A DNA stretch of 64,000 bases from Diplonema japonicum (GCA_964019335.1 OZ025705.1:450407-514406); one strand, 5' to 3'; shown: positions 1-12,637, numbered from the stretch's first letter. Made by a program: numbers and translations. The notes: a model not told the origin generated them from the letters alone.

Positions 1-1
1 C

Positions 2-1933
2 GATATCCTTCCCTAAAGTGTCCCTGTCGGCTGTGAGCGTACAGGCTGTGCAATGGAGTTTCAAAGGGGACACGAGTGTGACATTAGATTGGAGTGGGTT
101 GCACTTCTTCTGCACCCACACCATCTGTGTTCCTGATGCTTCAATTGCAGTGCTCCCAATGACTTGTACGTCACCCGTTTCCACGACAGTCCTGTTCTCT
201 GCACACGTACTTGCGAACTCGACTTGCAGTCCATTGTGCGCATGGACTGCAAACCGACCGAGGTCCACAACAAGCCCTGCACCACATGTAGCTGTGAAAG
301 TGCTGGCGCCTTCAACCCACGGGGCTTGCTGCGCCGCTAAGATGTTCTGCTTATAAGCCTCCAGCGTGACCTCGATGTGGTGTTTGAGCTCAAGCAAATC
401 GCCCTTGTTGCCCACAGAGGATAAGTCCACGCACACCGTGCTAGCTTCCTCACGCGTGACGTCGGTGATAGACCGCAGTGTGATGCCTCCTGCGGTCTCT
501 CGGATAGTGGTTACGTCGGGCAGCAGGTACATCAGTGCGCTTGTACCGTCGCACCATTGCAGCATAAGCCTCGGTGAGTATGGTACAAAGTACACATCAC
601 ACTGGATTGGGGCTTGCTTGTCAAGTACATAAGGAGACGTCACTTGCACGGAACGCAAGCAGAGAGGATCTGGCACGCTCGGGTAGTACAGCAAGTGTAT
701 CAAAGGATAGGCTATGTCGAGGATGAGGTGATGAAGGGCGGCGGTCGTGAGGCGTACAAAGACGTTGGGGGGTACTGTGAGGTGCGTGGCTGACGCAGAA
801 TACTCGAGGCTTATCCGCTGCCTCTCCGTGAGGATGGTCGTGCCGTCCATGACAACAGTGGTGCCCTGAGAGGCAACAGCAAGGATTCCGTTTTCCGCAC
901 GAAAACTGACCTCTTTACAGAGTGTTGCAACAAGTACCTTATCGAGGGAAGGAAACTTCACACAGACACCGCCCTCCAAAGCCATATGAAGTGCCAACGA
1001 TTCTGATTGGGACCCTCTCGTCAGCCCAGCACCGAGCGCACCAAATGCATCTTTCAACTTCATGAGAACCGGTATATCAGTGGACACTTCTAGTTGTTGC
1101 TTCACACGCACACGCACGCCAGAATCATCCATTCCTACCCACAAAGAGGTGTTCTTCAGAAGGGGCTCAGCAGACAAGTCGTGGAAGGCGATGCCACCAT
1201 CACACCACTCTGCGAGCCTACACCGCAGAGACACTGCTTTAAACAGTTCAATGTGCACTCCCTGAAAGGCCTGCGGACACTGCACGGCTTGGGGTGCACC
1301 GTGGCAAACGGAAACAGTAGCACCAGTGAAGGAGTGCGAGACTATCGATGGGGCAACCGGGTCGCAGATACACGTTAGAATGGGAGGAGAAGGGGTGCTA
1401 GCAGATATAACGTCCGTTGCACTGGTAAGAGTGATGGTTGTTGGGAGGGAGAGAGAGAGCAGGTGATGAGGTGGCGTCGGGAGTGTACACGGGAGGTGTG
1501 TATCAAGAGACAGAGAATCAAAGTGGACTGTAAGAGCGAGGCCGTGCGGGTTGTGTAAGGTCACATTGTGCAACTGTACAGAGAGGTACTTCAAAGCTGG
1601 ATGATCAAAACAGAGGCTATGCCGCTCCGTTCCGCCACTACTCTCTTCGACTACGCTACCCAGAGAAATGGCCAGTCCCCTGACCGTCACAAGAAGGGGC
1701 CGAGGGTGTGCAGGACGCAACTCAACTCTGACCCACTCTGCCTTCATCCCATGAGCCTCGCATCCAAATATGTCCACCCAGCTGAATCCTGTTCCCCATT
1801 GCACTTTCGTCACCTTTACCCCAAACACCACACGGATCAGGATCACATAAAGAATCCACAAAGCGGTCTTCACCACCCACATCACCACAGCCGCCAGTGC
1901 TGCGAGCACGTGACGTAACGTATCAGCAACCAT
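2..1933 (-). CDS. Large protein, 5' part only (>=644 aa, runs off the left edge); N-terminal hydrophobic anchor followed by a V/L/T-rich, probably beta-rich body
   Basis: Manual translation from ATG at 1933 (MVADTLRHVLAALAAVVMWVVKTALWILYVILIRVVFG...) finds no stop down to position 2. Absent from the ORF track because the stop is outside the window. Confidence 0.75.
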   Translation of the reverse strand, partial: MVADTLRHVLAALAAVVMWVVKTALWILYVILIRVVFGVKVTKVQWGTGFSWVDIFGCEAHGMKAEWVRVELRPAHPRPLLVTVRGLAISLGSVVEESSGGTERHSLCFDHPALKYLSVQLHNVTLHNPHGLALTVHFDSLSLDTHLPCTLPTPPHHLLSLSLPTTITLTSATDVISASTPSPPILTCICDPVAPSIVSHSFTGATVSVCHGAPQAVQCPQAFQGVHIELFKAVSLRCRLAEWCDGGIAFHDLSAEPLLKNTSLWVGMDDSGVRVRVKQQLEVSTDIPVLMKLKDAFGALGAGLTRGSQSESLALHMALEGGVCVKFPSLDKVLVATLCKEVSFRAENGILAVASQGTTVVMDGTTILTERQRISLEYSASATHLTVPPNVFVRLTTAALHHLILDIAYPLIHLLYYPSVPDPLCLRSVQVTSPYVLDKQAPIQCDVYFVPYSPRLMLQWCDGTSALMYLLPDVTTIRETAGGITLRSITDVTREEASTVCVDLSSVGNKGDLLELKHHIEVTLEAYKQNILAAQQAPWVEGASTFTATCGAGLVVDLGRFAVHAHNGLQVEFASTCAENRTVVETGDVQVIGSTAIEASGTQMVWVQKKCNPLQSNVTLVSPLKLHCTACTLTADRDTLGKDI

Positions 1934-2055
1934 TGCACGACGTCCTAACCCTGGTGGTTGACCATCAGCAATAAGCTACAAAAGGTAATAATACTACTTA
2001 CTGTGTACGGGCAACATTCTTTGAACCTTCTTGAAAAAGAAGGGACATGCTGCGT

Positions 2056-3027
2056 TTAAACACCCGCCACGTTGTACATCCTGTCGGCTCGCATGGGGTG
2101 GTTGGAGCGCAGGTGCTGTTGATTTTCAGTTGCACGGAGACGGAAGGAACGGGTGAGACTGTAAGAGAGGTTTGTGCGTGGCCTCGCAGTGGGGGGGCGG
2201 GGCTTGTTGGGAGGCGTGTACCACGACAGGATGTCAGATGTGTTGAAAGTGGACTGGAGAGATGGCTTTTGCAGCAAGTTGAGCGAATAATACTTCAAGA
2301 ACTTCACCACTGAGATGCATCCAGTGTGGTCGGGTTCTAACTTTTCAACGATATCGGCTACCTGCTGCCAAGACAGCTCTGCAGGGTGTCGGCACACGAG
2401 AGCGTTGCTTTTGAGTGCCGAATAGAAGACCGACACGGGGACCCTGTCGTTCCCATCCGTGAGGGAGAGGAACAACTTCTTCAACCCGTCAACTTTTTTT
2501 TTCAAATCGGTATTTTCCAACGCTGTCATCCGCTCACTGTCACCCAGCACTGCATATGGCGGCGGGGCCCAAGAGGCGCCCAGAATGCTTTTAGGTCTTT
2601 TCTCGCCCAACCCGACATCTGACTTATTCCCAAGCATGGTTTTCCGCATAGATTTATTCAAAGGTCCACCGTAGCAGAACCTGCTCACTTCCTCCTTCTC
2701 GCTCTGCAGGGTGTTGGTGGTGGTGTTGATGTTGGTGTCGGTGGTCTCGGGTTCTCGTCGCACGAGTGCTTTGGGGTCCACGTACCCGTTCTCCGACTTG
2801 CTTTCTACCAGGTCGGCAAGCCATTTCTTATCTCGCATTGTCTTCAAGCCAAGCACTTTGCGTAATCTTCTTGTTGCATCTTCCACCTCTACGACGTCGT
2901 CCAGTGCGAACTCCTTCCACACACTGAAGCTCCGAGCGCGCATGAGGTTCCGCAGCTTGGTCTGCACATCTGTCACAGTGCTCACAGTGGTGCTGACACA
3001 GCTTCCTGATTGGGTTACAAGTGACAT
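2056..3027 (-). CDS. Hypothetical protein (323 aa) with possible degenerate EF-hand pair
   Basis: ATG ORF on the same strand as neighbours; loop-like segments LTDGNDRVPVSVF and LEPDHTGCISVVKF. Confidence 0.6.
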   Translation of the reverse strand: MSLVTQSGSCVSTTVSTVTDVQTKLRNLMRARSFSVWKEFALDDVVEVEDATRRLRKVLGLKTMRDKKWLADLVESKSENGYVDPKALVRREPETTDTNINTTTNTLQSEKEEVSRFCYGGPLNKSMRKTMLGNKSDVGLGEKRPKSILGASWAPPPYAVLGDSERMTALENTDLKKKVDGLKKLFLSLTDGNDRVPVSVFYSALKSNALVCRHPAELSWQQVADIVEKLEPDHTGCISVVKFLKYYSLNLLQKPSLQSTFNTSDILSWYTPPNKPRPPTARPRTNLSYSLTRSFRLRATENQQHLRSNHPMRADRMYNVAGV

Positions 3028-3616
3028 CTTTCCCCTTAGCCCTTTTTTTTCTTTTTTTTCTTATCTTACCTGTGTTGTAAAAAGAATGTCACAACCTGTA
3101 ACATTGCACCCCAATAGTGTTGTGCTTTTTTTTTTTTTTTTTTTAATTATATCTTTTACATGTAAGCCCCCATTCCCAGTGTAGGCCTCTGACCAGAGCT
3201 GGATGGTACGTGTGCCTTGGGGTTTGCTCCTGAGTTGAACCCCACGTGGTTGCTTTGCGGTGCTGCCTGGCCGCCTAGCTTCTGCACAGCATGGGCTGGA
3301 AGGGTACCGGTCATCTTGTATTGTGTAATGCTGAGTAACTAACGTTGCATTTTGAAGAAGAAGAGAAAAAGGGGAAAAAGATAAGAGGGTTCACAACCCC
3401 ACAGGGCCACGAGAGAAACACGAGTAACGAGATAAAAACCACAGCCGAAGAGAAGAAAAAGAGAGCAAATAAAAAAAAGAAGAAGAAGACGCGCGATGTA
3501 CCTACCCATCAGGACCCCTCAGAGGGGCCCATGCAGGACAGAGTAACGGAGAATTAACGTGGGCAACGGGGGCAAGGAGAGCGGGAAGGAGGGTTTTTTT
3601 TTTTTCTTTTTTTTTT

Positions 3617-4801
3617 CTAGTTGTGGTTGGCGAGGGCGAAGCCGACCCTGTTGTTGGCCGCGTCGAAGGTGGTGTAGAACTTCCTCATGAAGACGTCACC
3701 GAGGATGGCACCAAGGTTCTCTGGGAGCTCACCGGGGAAGCCCATGATGCCAGAGATGCACTGGGTGGGCGCACCAGGCTCCTGCACCTGCAAGATGTAG
3801 TCCTCACCAGTGAGCACGTAGGGCTTCCCTGCAAGGGTGACGGTCATGTTGGGGAGCTTCGCGAAGTCAGGGCACGCCTCGAAGACGCACTCGATGCCCG
3901 CGTCAATGCAGCCCAGCTTGCTGTTGATCTTCACAGCTGTGGCCAGGGGGAAGGCAAGGAGAGAGGTGCCGGAGTCCACCACGGAGTCGAAGTGGCTGTG
4001 GACGGTCTCGTTGCCGATGGCAAGGCTGTCGGTGTGGATCTGCCAGTACCCATCCTTGGAGATGGGGACGTACGAGAAGGACCCAGTGTAGTGGTCGGTG
4101 TTGACACCGCCAAGAGCCAGCTCGGAGGTCTTCTTGTGGGGCCACGCCTGGGCGGACAGGTAGAAGGAGAACTGACCAGCATCCACAAGCTTCTGCTGCA
4201 TCATGCTGAAGAAGACGGGGGTGATGCCGTTGACGGAGATCTCGACCCAGCCCATGCCGAGGATGCCGTCGAAGCGGCCCACCACCCAAGGCAGACCGGG
4301 CTCGGCAGTGGTCTCAGCGAAGACCTGCTTCTGGACCTTGATGCCACCGAAGGTGACGGTGTCCTCATCACAGACGCCCCTCACAGCACCGGACCCATAC
4401 AGGATGCTGAAGGCAGTCCCGTTGTACACGTAGCTAGACGACGCGGAGCTGTTGTACTTCTTGTGCACGCAGCCGGAGCAGTTCGCGCCCGGCACCCACA
4501 GGTTCGAGGAACCAGTGTCGTAGATGACCTTGAACTCCTGCTCTGGTGTCCCTATGGACACGGGTCCGTAGTACTGTGCGTTCATGAAGTCAGTGATGGG
4601 CACCTTGGGCACGGCGGTCACAGATGGGGCGTACTTCAAACCCAGCTTCAGAGCCTCGCCCGCGAAGACCTTCCCGCTCAACATCACCTCCTTGAGTGGC
4701 TTGTTGCTTCTGGACTCGATCTTCATCTCCCCCTGCAGAGGGATCTTCACAAGCTCGGCGCTAGCGAGAGCAGCGCACAGCAGAGTACAAAGAGTTCTCA
4801 T
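3617..4801 (-). CDS. Pepsin-family (A1) aspartic protease, cathepsin D-like, with signal peptide
   Basis: Catalytic motifs DTGSSNLW and DSGTS; QYYG.V.IGTP.Q.F, FDGILGMG, ILGDVF..KFYT.FD..N.RVGFA. Confidence 0.96.
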   Translation of the reverse strand: MRTLCTLLCAALASAELVKIPLQGEMKIESRSNKPLKEVMLSGKVFAGEALKLGLKYAPSVTAVPKVPITDFMNAQYYGPVSIGTPEQEFKVIYDTGSSNLWVPGANCSGCVHKKYNSSASSSYVYNGTAFSILYGSGAVRGVCDEDTVTFGGIKVQKQVFAETTAEPGLPWVVGRFDGILGMGWVEISVNGITPVFFSMMQQKLVDAGQFSFYLSAQAWPHKKTSELALGGVNTDHYTGSFSYVPISKDGYWQIHTDSLAIGNETVHSHFDSVVDSGTSLLAFPLATAVKINSKLGCIDAGIECVFEACPDFAKLPNMTVTLAGKPYVLTGEDYILQVQEPGAPTQCISGIMGFPGELPENLGAILGDVFMRKFYTTFDAANNRVGFALANHN

Positions 4802-4912
4802 GGTGTTGTCTGTTGTCTAGTCTGTTGTGTTTATTTTATCTTAACTTTGCTCACTTAAAAGAGGCAATACAAAAAAAAGAGAGAAAGAGAAACGTGTGTG
4901 CCCCGAGCGTCC

Positions 4913-5983
4913 TCAGAGGTAAGATGCATCTATGAAGTCAATGCAGGCAGCCATCTCACACGGCACGTCTTTGTGGTGAGTGAGCTGACCTGCCTCGAAT
5001 TTGAAGATAGCGATGAGATCAGTGTGCTGCTTTTCGAGTAGGGAAGGAGAGATCGCGTGGCACGATGCAAGGAGCCATCCTGAGCAGAAAGTGAAATGCC
5101 TAGGTGTAGTACCGCCAGATGGGGCCCTTGACACAAAGGTTAAACCGCCGGAGGTAGGGTCTCTAGAGAATACAACGATCTCGTTGGTAGTCCTAGTGGC
5201 CGCTAGGACGTAGCCACCACAAGGGGAAGATACGATTTCACTTCCGCCCCTGTGATGCCATCGTAGGGGCGTAACATCAGAGGGCAGCAGCTTAACTTCC
5301 TCACCCTGCAAGGTCATGGTGCGCTCCTCTACCACTGTGATGCCCTGTGTCAGCTCGTTGAGTACATAAATGAAGCCCTCCTGCCTCAGGATTCTTCTAG
5401 GGCCCGCGCCTGTGTGCAGTGTGAGACTCCCCGCAGCCCCGTCCATGTTCCCGCTCGTAAGTTTGATGAAGTCCACACGGTCGGTGCCAAGGTCGCTGAC
5501 GGCAAGGTTCCCGTGGATATCGTAGCACACATGGTGCGGGTGTGGAGCTTCTTGTCTATCCTTCAGAGACGGGTCAGATGGCACACTGCCTGCTGCGGGC
5601 AGAGACACCGCGCTGCATAGCTTGCCCGACTCCAATGTGAAGCATGTGACGTCCCCGCCGCAGTAGTTGGCAGAGTACAGTCGCTGCTTTGTTGTGTCGA
5701 CGAGCAAGTGGCAGGGTGCGCCGCCTACCTCAACAGAGGACACTTGTTCCCCCGTCAGCTTGTACCCCTCGACCCTACCCTGCGGCACTGTCTCGTTTGT
5801 GCAGTACACCATATCGCCGCAGACTGTCACCCAGCTGGGGTTAATTCCCGTGGCCAGCTCCCGCACCTCCTCAGCATCTCCTGTAGCTGTGTCAAACCTG
5901 AACAGCTTCACACTGCGTGCCTTGCTATCCGCTGCCTCGTGCACGTAGTCGCACCTGCCCACCACCAATCCTACTGTTGCCAT
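4913..5983 (-). CDS. 7-bladed beta-propeller lactonase (6-phosphogluconolactonase Pgl/YbhE / cycloisomerase-2 family)
   Basis: Motifs NPSW, GGAPCH, ANY.GG, RQEAPHPH, DLGTDRV, GAGPRR, YVLNEL, GTTPRHF. First ATG is at 5983; the track start at 5989 is a GTG. Confidence 0.88.
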   Translation of the reverse strand: MATVGLVVGRCDYVHEAADSKARSVKLFRFDTATGDAEEVRELATGINPSWVTVCGDMVYCTNETVPQGRVEGYKLTGEQVSSVEVGGAPCHLLVDTTKQRLYSANYCGGDVTCFTLESGKLCSAVSLPAAGSVPSDPSLKDRQEAPHPHHVCYDIHGNLAVSDLGTDRVDFIKLTSGNMDGAAGSLTLHTGAGPRRILRQEGFIYVLNELTQGITVVEERTMTLQGEEVKLLPSDVTPLRWHHRGGSEIVSSPCGGYVLAATRTTNEIVVFSRDPTSGGLTFVSRAPSGGTTPRHFTFCSGWLLASCHAISPSLLEKQHTDLIAIFKFEAGQLTHHKDVPCEMAACIDFIDASYL

Positions 5984-6098
5984 CTTCACGTTCTGTGGCA
6001 GGTGTGTTTACTGAACAGTGCAAACAAACAAAGCTATTTATGAAAGCACAGAAAGGTTAGGTGCAAGCTTTCAGCGGGGGTTCAATATAAAAAAGACA

Positions 6099-7337
6099 TC
6101 ACGCAACCCATGACCTCAGAGGGTTCCTTTCGGGGACATAGTAGTAGCTGGTGGAACAAGGGATGAGCTGCCACCAGATGGGGCAGGAGTCTGGTGTGCC
6201 GTGGAAGACTGCGTTTGAGGGCCCCCAGTGGGGGATGAGCTCACCGAGCGGGGCTCTGTTGATGTGCCAATGGCCAGAGGGAGCACCCTCGCCATGCTTC
6301 ATGAAGTCAACAGAGAAGAGAAGCACCCAATGTGAAGAAGCGTTCTTGTAGTAGATAAGATTGTGGTGCACCTCGAGGGGTGTCTCGTGAGGTGAGACAC
6401 TGACGACCTTGTACCTGTAGGCCTTATCAACACATGTCTTGCTGACGTCCTCGTTGAGGGAGGTGATGGCACAGGACTCGGCAGAGACTCTGCTGAAGAT
6501 GTGAGTGTAGAGAATGTCGTCAAGAGGTTGAGGCTGGAGGATGTCCTTGACGATGGGTTCGAGGGTGGAACCACAGTAGATGTGCTGGAGCGCTTTTGAC
6601 CTTTTGTAGTAGGTGGCGGAGTTCTTGGTTTTGTGCTCTTCAAGGCACCGCATGATGCGGCCGGCATCATAGCGAATAAGGCTCGCCTCCCACTTTACAC
6701 CGACTGTTTTTGTTACAATCAATTCCTGTCCTCCGGCTTCAAGCAGCTTGCCGTCGATGTCGCTGATGTAGCATGACTTGGCGATGGCAGCGTAGCGGGG
6801 CTGGGCGCCTGCCTTTGCACTGCGTGAGAGGGTTGTGATGAAATCGCGCACGTCCTCCACAGACCAGTCTTCCACGTGAAGGTTCAGTTCGGAGATCCAA
6901 TAACTGTCGAAATACTTCTCTTTGCATATCACTTCGACTTCTTCGTCATCGCCGTCGCCTTCTTCTTCAGGGGCGACTTCCTCTGGTTTCACTTCCTCTT
7001 TCACAATAGGAGGCTCCTCTTCTTCTTCTTCCTCTTCCGTTGGTTCTTCTTTGTCAGGGTCGTCATAGAGGTGCATGATGTCTATCAGGATGCCTTGTCG
7101 GCCATGTGTTCGCTCCCATTCCTCGGGGATCCATTTCAAGATCTTTTTCTTGTCCTTCGTTTTCAGGATGTCAGGGGACTCTCTCCTGAACTTGCACCAT
7201 GCTTGCATGGTGGCTTGTTTTCGGGCGGCTTTGGTCGTCGTTGAGTCTTCGTGCTCTTCGTACCAATAATACACATTGAGGAACCATTCAAAGATGGTTT
7301 TGGGGTCAGGGTGTAAGGGGGTCGGTGCAGAATGCAT
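6099..7337 (-). CDS. Hypothetical protein (412 aa) with acidic linker and possible SAM-like segment
   Basis: Long ATG ORF on the coding strand; WSVEDVRDFI resembles a SAM-domain start. Confidence 0.6.
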   Translation of the reverse strand: MHSAPTPLHPDPKTIFEWFLNVYYWYEEHEDSTTTKAARKQATMQAWCKFRRESPDILKTKDKKKILKWIPEEWERTHGRQGILIDIMHLYDDPDKEEPTEEEEEEEEPPIVKEEVKPEEVAPEEEGDGDDEEVEVICKEKYFDSYWISELNLHVEDWSVEDVRDFITTLSRSAKAGAQPRYAAIAKSCYISDIDGKLLEAGGQELIVTKTVGVKWEASLIRYDAGRIMRCLEEHKTKNSATYYKRSKALQHIYCGSTLEPIVKDILQPQPLDDILYTHIFSRVSAESCAITSLNEDVSKTCVDKAYRYKVVSVSPHETPLEVHHNLIYYKNASSHWVLLFSVDFMKHGEGAPSGHWHINRAPLGELIPHWGPSNAVFHGTPDSCPIWWQLIPCSTSYYYVPERNPLRSWVA

Positions 7338-8139
7338 CTCTGCTAGGAACTCAAATAATTTCAGAAAATTTGGGGGGGGGGGGAATAAGAAGGGGGGTGA
7401 AAAAAAAAGCTTGGATAGGCTGGCAGAGGGGGAAAAAAAAGAATTGGGAGAGAGAGGGGGGGAAAGAAAAGAGAAAAAAAAAAAGGGAACAAAACCGAGT
7501 TAAATATTATGCTGCATCTTTCTTTTTTTTTTTTTGTTTTTTTGTTTGTTCTCATTCTCCCTTTAGTTTGGGTACCGGAGCTTCCTCTTTTTTGTCCCCC
7601 CCTTGAGCAATGAAATGCTACAAAAAATATCAAAAAAAATTGTTACACAAAAGAGAAAAAAAAAAGGAGAGAGAAGCTTTTATCCCGTCCCTTCTTTTTT
7701 CCCCCGATATTATGCCTGTACGCAAATATAGATAAAGAGGCGGGGGGAACCATAGGTTTTCTCTTTTTTCTTCTTCTTTTTTTTTTTTTTTTTGCCCGTA
7801 AGTCACACCATGGCTGGCGGCCGTCCGAAAGTAGGTTAGTTTTTCTTCTTTTTTTTTCGATTTTGGAGAAAAAGCCGGCAGAGGTATGGGAAAGCAGGAG
7901 AGGGCCTTTTTTTTTTTTTTTAAATGCAACTGGTTGTGGGAAACTTTTTTTTTCCTTGTAAAAAATGGGGAGAGGGGAACGGGGAGAAGTGAACTTGGGA
8001 GAGAGAAAGAGAGGAGTAAAAAGATTTTTTTTTTCGAAAAAGATTTTTTAAAAAAAAGGGGGGGGGATAGGGGAGAAACAGAAACCAAACACTTTTCCCC
8101 CCCTCCCAAACTTCCAACTGTGTAACTTCCCCATTATTT

Positions 8140-9728
<1,589 letters not shown>

Positions 9729-9898
9729 TGTAACCCTGTTTCTTTTTCTTTCCCCCTTTTTTTTTTTTTTCCCCCTTTTTTTTTTTTTTTTTTTCCCCTT
9801 TTTTTTTGTGTGTTTCCTGTTGTGAGTATTCTTTGGCAAAGTAAGGATCAAAGAATTAAACCAAATTTGTACCGACGACCTAGAAAGGCGACAGGGTG

Positions 9899-12637
9899 TT
9901 AGAACTTTGCATCGTCAACAGTGTTGACCTCTTCCACCATCGCCCCGCTTCTGTTCTCCAAGAGCGTGTCTATCTTCTTGTGCAGCATCGCTAAGGTTGC
10001 AGTCTCTCTCATCTCTTCAATTTCTGTGACGTTGGTATCTTTTGGGTAGTTCTGCTCCACAATATAGACAACGAAGGCAAGGCCCACAGCAATGGCGTAC
10101 CCCACAAAGGCACCACCCATGTCCGCGGCTGTGATTTTCTGCGTGGAGCTTGCAACAGGCCCTGTCACAGGGCACACACCGCTTGTGAAGTATCTGTGGT
10201 ACAGCCCTTTTATATCCGTCTTCGCGATGTCCTGCCCGGATGTTATCTTCACAAGCCTCCTCGACAGTTCTGCCGCGTACCCCCACTGTCTACGCACAGC
10301 CAGCGCATAAGAGACTTGTCCTGTTTTACTGCCAAAGGTTCGCAGCGGGCACCCTCTCGTTGTGCCCCACTCGTTGACTAAGTATTCTGCAATAGGCGAC
10401 TCTTCCACAAGCATTTTCAGTTCACTGTTCATTACTTTCTCAGACAGCTGCTCCGTCACTATTGACTCAAAGTAAGTCCCGCCGTTTGTCTGCGCGCTCA
10501 GCACATCCATTGCCACACTGCCTGTTTCGACGCCCACCTGGTTCGGGAGGATCGTCACACCGATATCAGTTATCTCTGGCCCGTTGCTCCCCGTCGACGC
10601 CACCAAGAAGGCCGCCAGGTTGGCCGTGTAAGCAGCTATCACAAGCATCGTCACAAAGAACAACGCCCACGATGAGATCTTCCCCGCGTACGTCTTGGGG
10701 GTCATGTCCTGGCAAGCGAGAGAGGCTGTGAAACTGAACCAGAGCGACGCAGCAAGGCCTTCCGGAACAGGTACCTCGGCAAGGTCTTCGTGGTCTTTCC
10801 TTTCAAAGACGTAGAATAGGAAACCTGCAAACACCACCCAGCCAAACCACAACAGCCACATGTCAGAGGCAAAGGGACCAACGAAGTGCCACAGGTCATA
10901 TGTCTGAGTGGCATCCGATACACGCCCCACAGCAACTATACCGTCTGTCCAGTAGGGATGTGTGTACTCGACGTTGTTGAAGATCAGCGTCTCAAGTTCT
11001 TTGCTTTCCGAGAACCCTGTTATGGCAGGGTGTAGTGCAATGTGGCCTACCACCATGTCGGCCTCGCCCCTTGCGATCATTGATATAAGCTCGAAATCCG
11101 TGTAGTTTCCCAGCGTGATGTTCGCGGCAAACCCAAGCTGGTCCTGCAGCAGCTTGAATATATCGCACGCAAAACCTTCGGTCGTGTTGCTCTCCTGCGG
11201 GTTGGCCAAGTGGCAGAACGGCCAAAGCGACAGCGAGATGACCACCTGGGCTGTGATAGCCGACAGCGGTGGCCTGTCATTTGGGATTGCGATGTTGGAC
11301 CGGTTCCATGTCAAGCTGTCCAGCCGGAACACCCCTTTTGCGGCGTTCCAGTCATGACCCTCGCCAGACACCTCCCCCGATGGCACCGCAGATAGCTCAG
11401 TGGAGTTCCATACTAGCTGGCTGCCTTTCACTTTCCATCCGGATAATCTGTGATCATCGAATTCTATCTCATTTGTGAGCCCAACGTGTTTTATCTCGCG
11501 CAGCACGTTCCTAAGGAGGGGGCCGTGCTGCCATTTGTGGTGCGATCCTGTAAAGGGCGCAACCGTGCCAAGTTGGTGCCCTCCATCGGAGATCTGGTCG
11601 GCAACCTGCAGAATGGCCTTCCCAGCCAGCATTGCAATATCATACACGGCAACCGTCGATTTGAAAGGTTCAACCATCCCAGCAGGAGGGAACGCCCTTG
11701 CCATCGGAGAGCTCCACTTAGCCAGGAAGTCTTTGCTAATGATGTCATTGTCGAAGATACCGTCCGTCAGCACGTTTTGAAAGACAGGCCCTAATTCGTC
11801 GGGTTCCACCTCCGAGAGTCCTTGCATCATCCAGATGTAGTCCAGGCTCAAGAGCCCCATCGAATGGGCCTCACCTAGGATACTCGTGGCGTGCTGCTTG
11901 TCAGCAACAAGGAAGAACACCGTAGCACCATTGCTTTTGAACCGCTGAAGGGCAGCCTTAATGTTGTCGGGTTTGTTTTGCTGGATAGCAAACGAGCCCA
12001 GCAGCGTGACTCCGTTCTCGAGGCAACGCGAGAGGAAGTGCTGCACGCCGTTGACACCGTCTGCATCCTTCGTGTAGATCACGGCGACGCGCTTGATCTC
12101 AAGCCGCTTCATCAGCTGCTGGAAGAACTCGCTGTGGTGGTCGTCACCCTTGATAGGCTGGAAGAAGTATTCGCTGCCCACAGTGATGAATGGATCGGTG
12201 GCGGCGGGTGTGATCATGGGCACCTGGAAGTAGTCACCGTGCACGCGGAGGTCCAGTGCCACTGCCGAGAAATACGGACCTATCACCAATGCTTGCGGCC
12301 GTGCCTGCAAAGCATCCACAAGCGATGCATACATGTAATAGTCGTTGCCCACCCAGTTCTTGTTGAATGAATCAGGGCCGTACTGCTTTCCAGAACCAGT
12401 TGATCCCTCATTAGCTTCGGGGTACTTTTGGTTTACAATGATGGATGTCAGCACCAGCTTGTGCTTCCCGCCCTGCGTCAGCACCGTGTCGCGGTTGAGT
12501 TCTTCTACCGCGAGATTTGCGGCTGCAACAGCAGTGCTCCCATGAGGAGTGTCACTATATTCCAAGACTACAGCAATGCCAAAGTCTGTTGCGCAGCAAG
12601 GCACCACTATCGAAAGCAGTGCACAGAGATGTTTCAT
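9899..12637 (-). CDS. Ionotropic glutamate receptor-like channel (amino-terminal periplasmic-binding domain, ligand-binding domain, 3 TM plus pore loop)
   Basis: Signal peptide; VIGPYFS and VPMIT amino-terminal-domain motifs; GF.CDI and EYTHPYW; PF...MW; gating motif AYTANLAAFL; final TM after MGGAF. Confidence 0.9.
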   Translation of the reverse strand: MKHLCALLSIVVPCCATDFGIAVVLEYSDTPHGSTAVAAANLAVEELNRDTVLTQGGKHKLVLTSIIVNQKYPEANEGSTGSGKQYGPDSFNKNWVGNDYYMYASLVDALQARPQALVIGPYFSAVALDLRVHGDYFQVPMITPAATDPFITVGSEYFFQPIKGDDHHSEFFQQLMKRLEIKRVAVIYTKDADGVNGVQHFLSRCLENGVTLLGSFAIQQNKPDNIKAALQRFKSNGATVFFLVADKQHATSILGEAHSMGLLSLDYIWMMQGLSEVEPDELGPVFQNVLTDGIFDNDIISKDFLAKWSSPMARAFPPAGMVEPFKSTVAVYDIAMLAGKAILQVADQISDGGHQLGTVAPFTGSHHKWQHGPLLRNVLREIKHVGLTNEIEFDDHRLSGWKVKGSQLVWNSTELSAVPSGEVSGEGHDWNAAKGVFRLDSLTWNRSNIAIPNDRPPLSAITAQVVISLSLWPFCHLANPQESNTTEGFACDIFKLLQDQLGFAANITLGNYTDFELISMIARGEADMVVGHIALHPAITGFSESKELETLIFNNVEYTHPYWTDGIVAVGRVSDATQTYDLWHFVGPFASDMWLLWFGWVVFAGFLFYVFERKDHEDLAEVPVPEGLAASLWFSFTASLACQDMTPKTYAGKISSWALFFVTMLVIAAYTANLAAFLVASTGSNGPEITDIGVTILPNQVGVETGSVAMDVLSAQTNGGTYFESIVTEQLSEKVMNSELKMLVEESPIAEYLVNEWGTTRGCPLRTFGSKTGQVSYALAVRRQWGYAAELSRRLVKITSGQDIAKTDIKGLYHRYFTSGVCPVTGPVASSTQKITAADMGGAFVGYAIAVGLAFVVYIVEQNYPKDTNVTEIEEMRETATLAMLHKKIDTLLENRSGAMVEEVNTVDDAKF

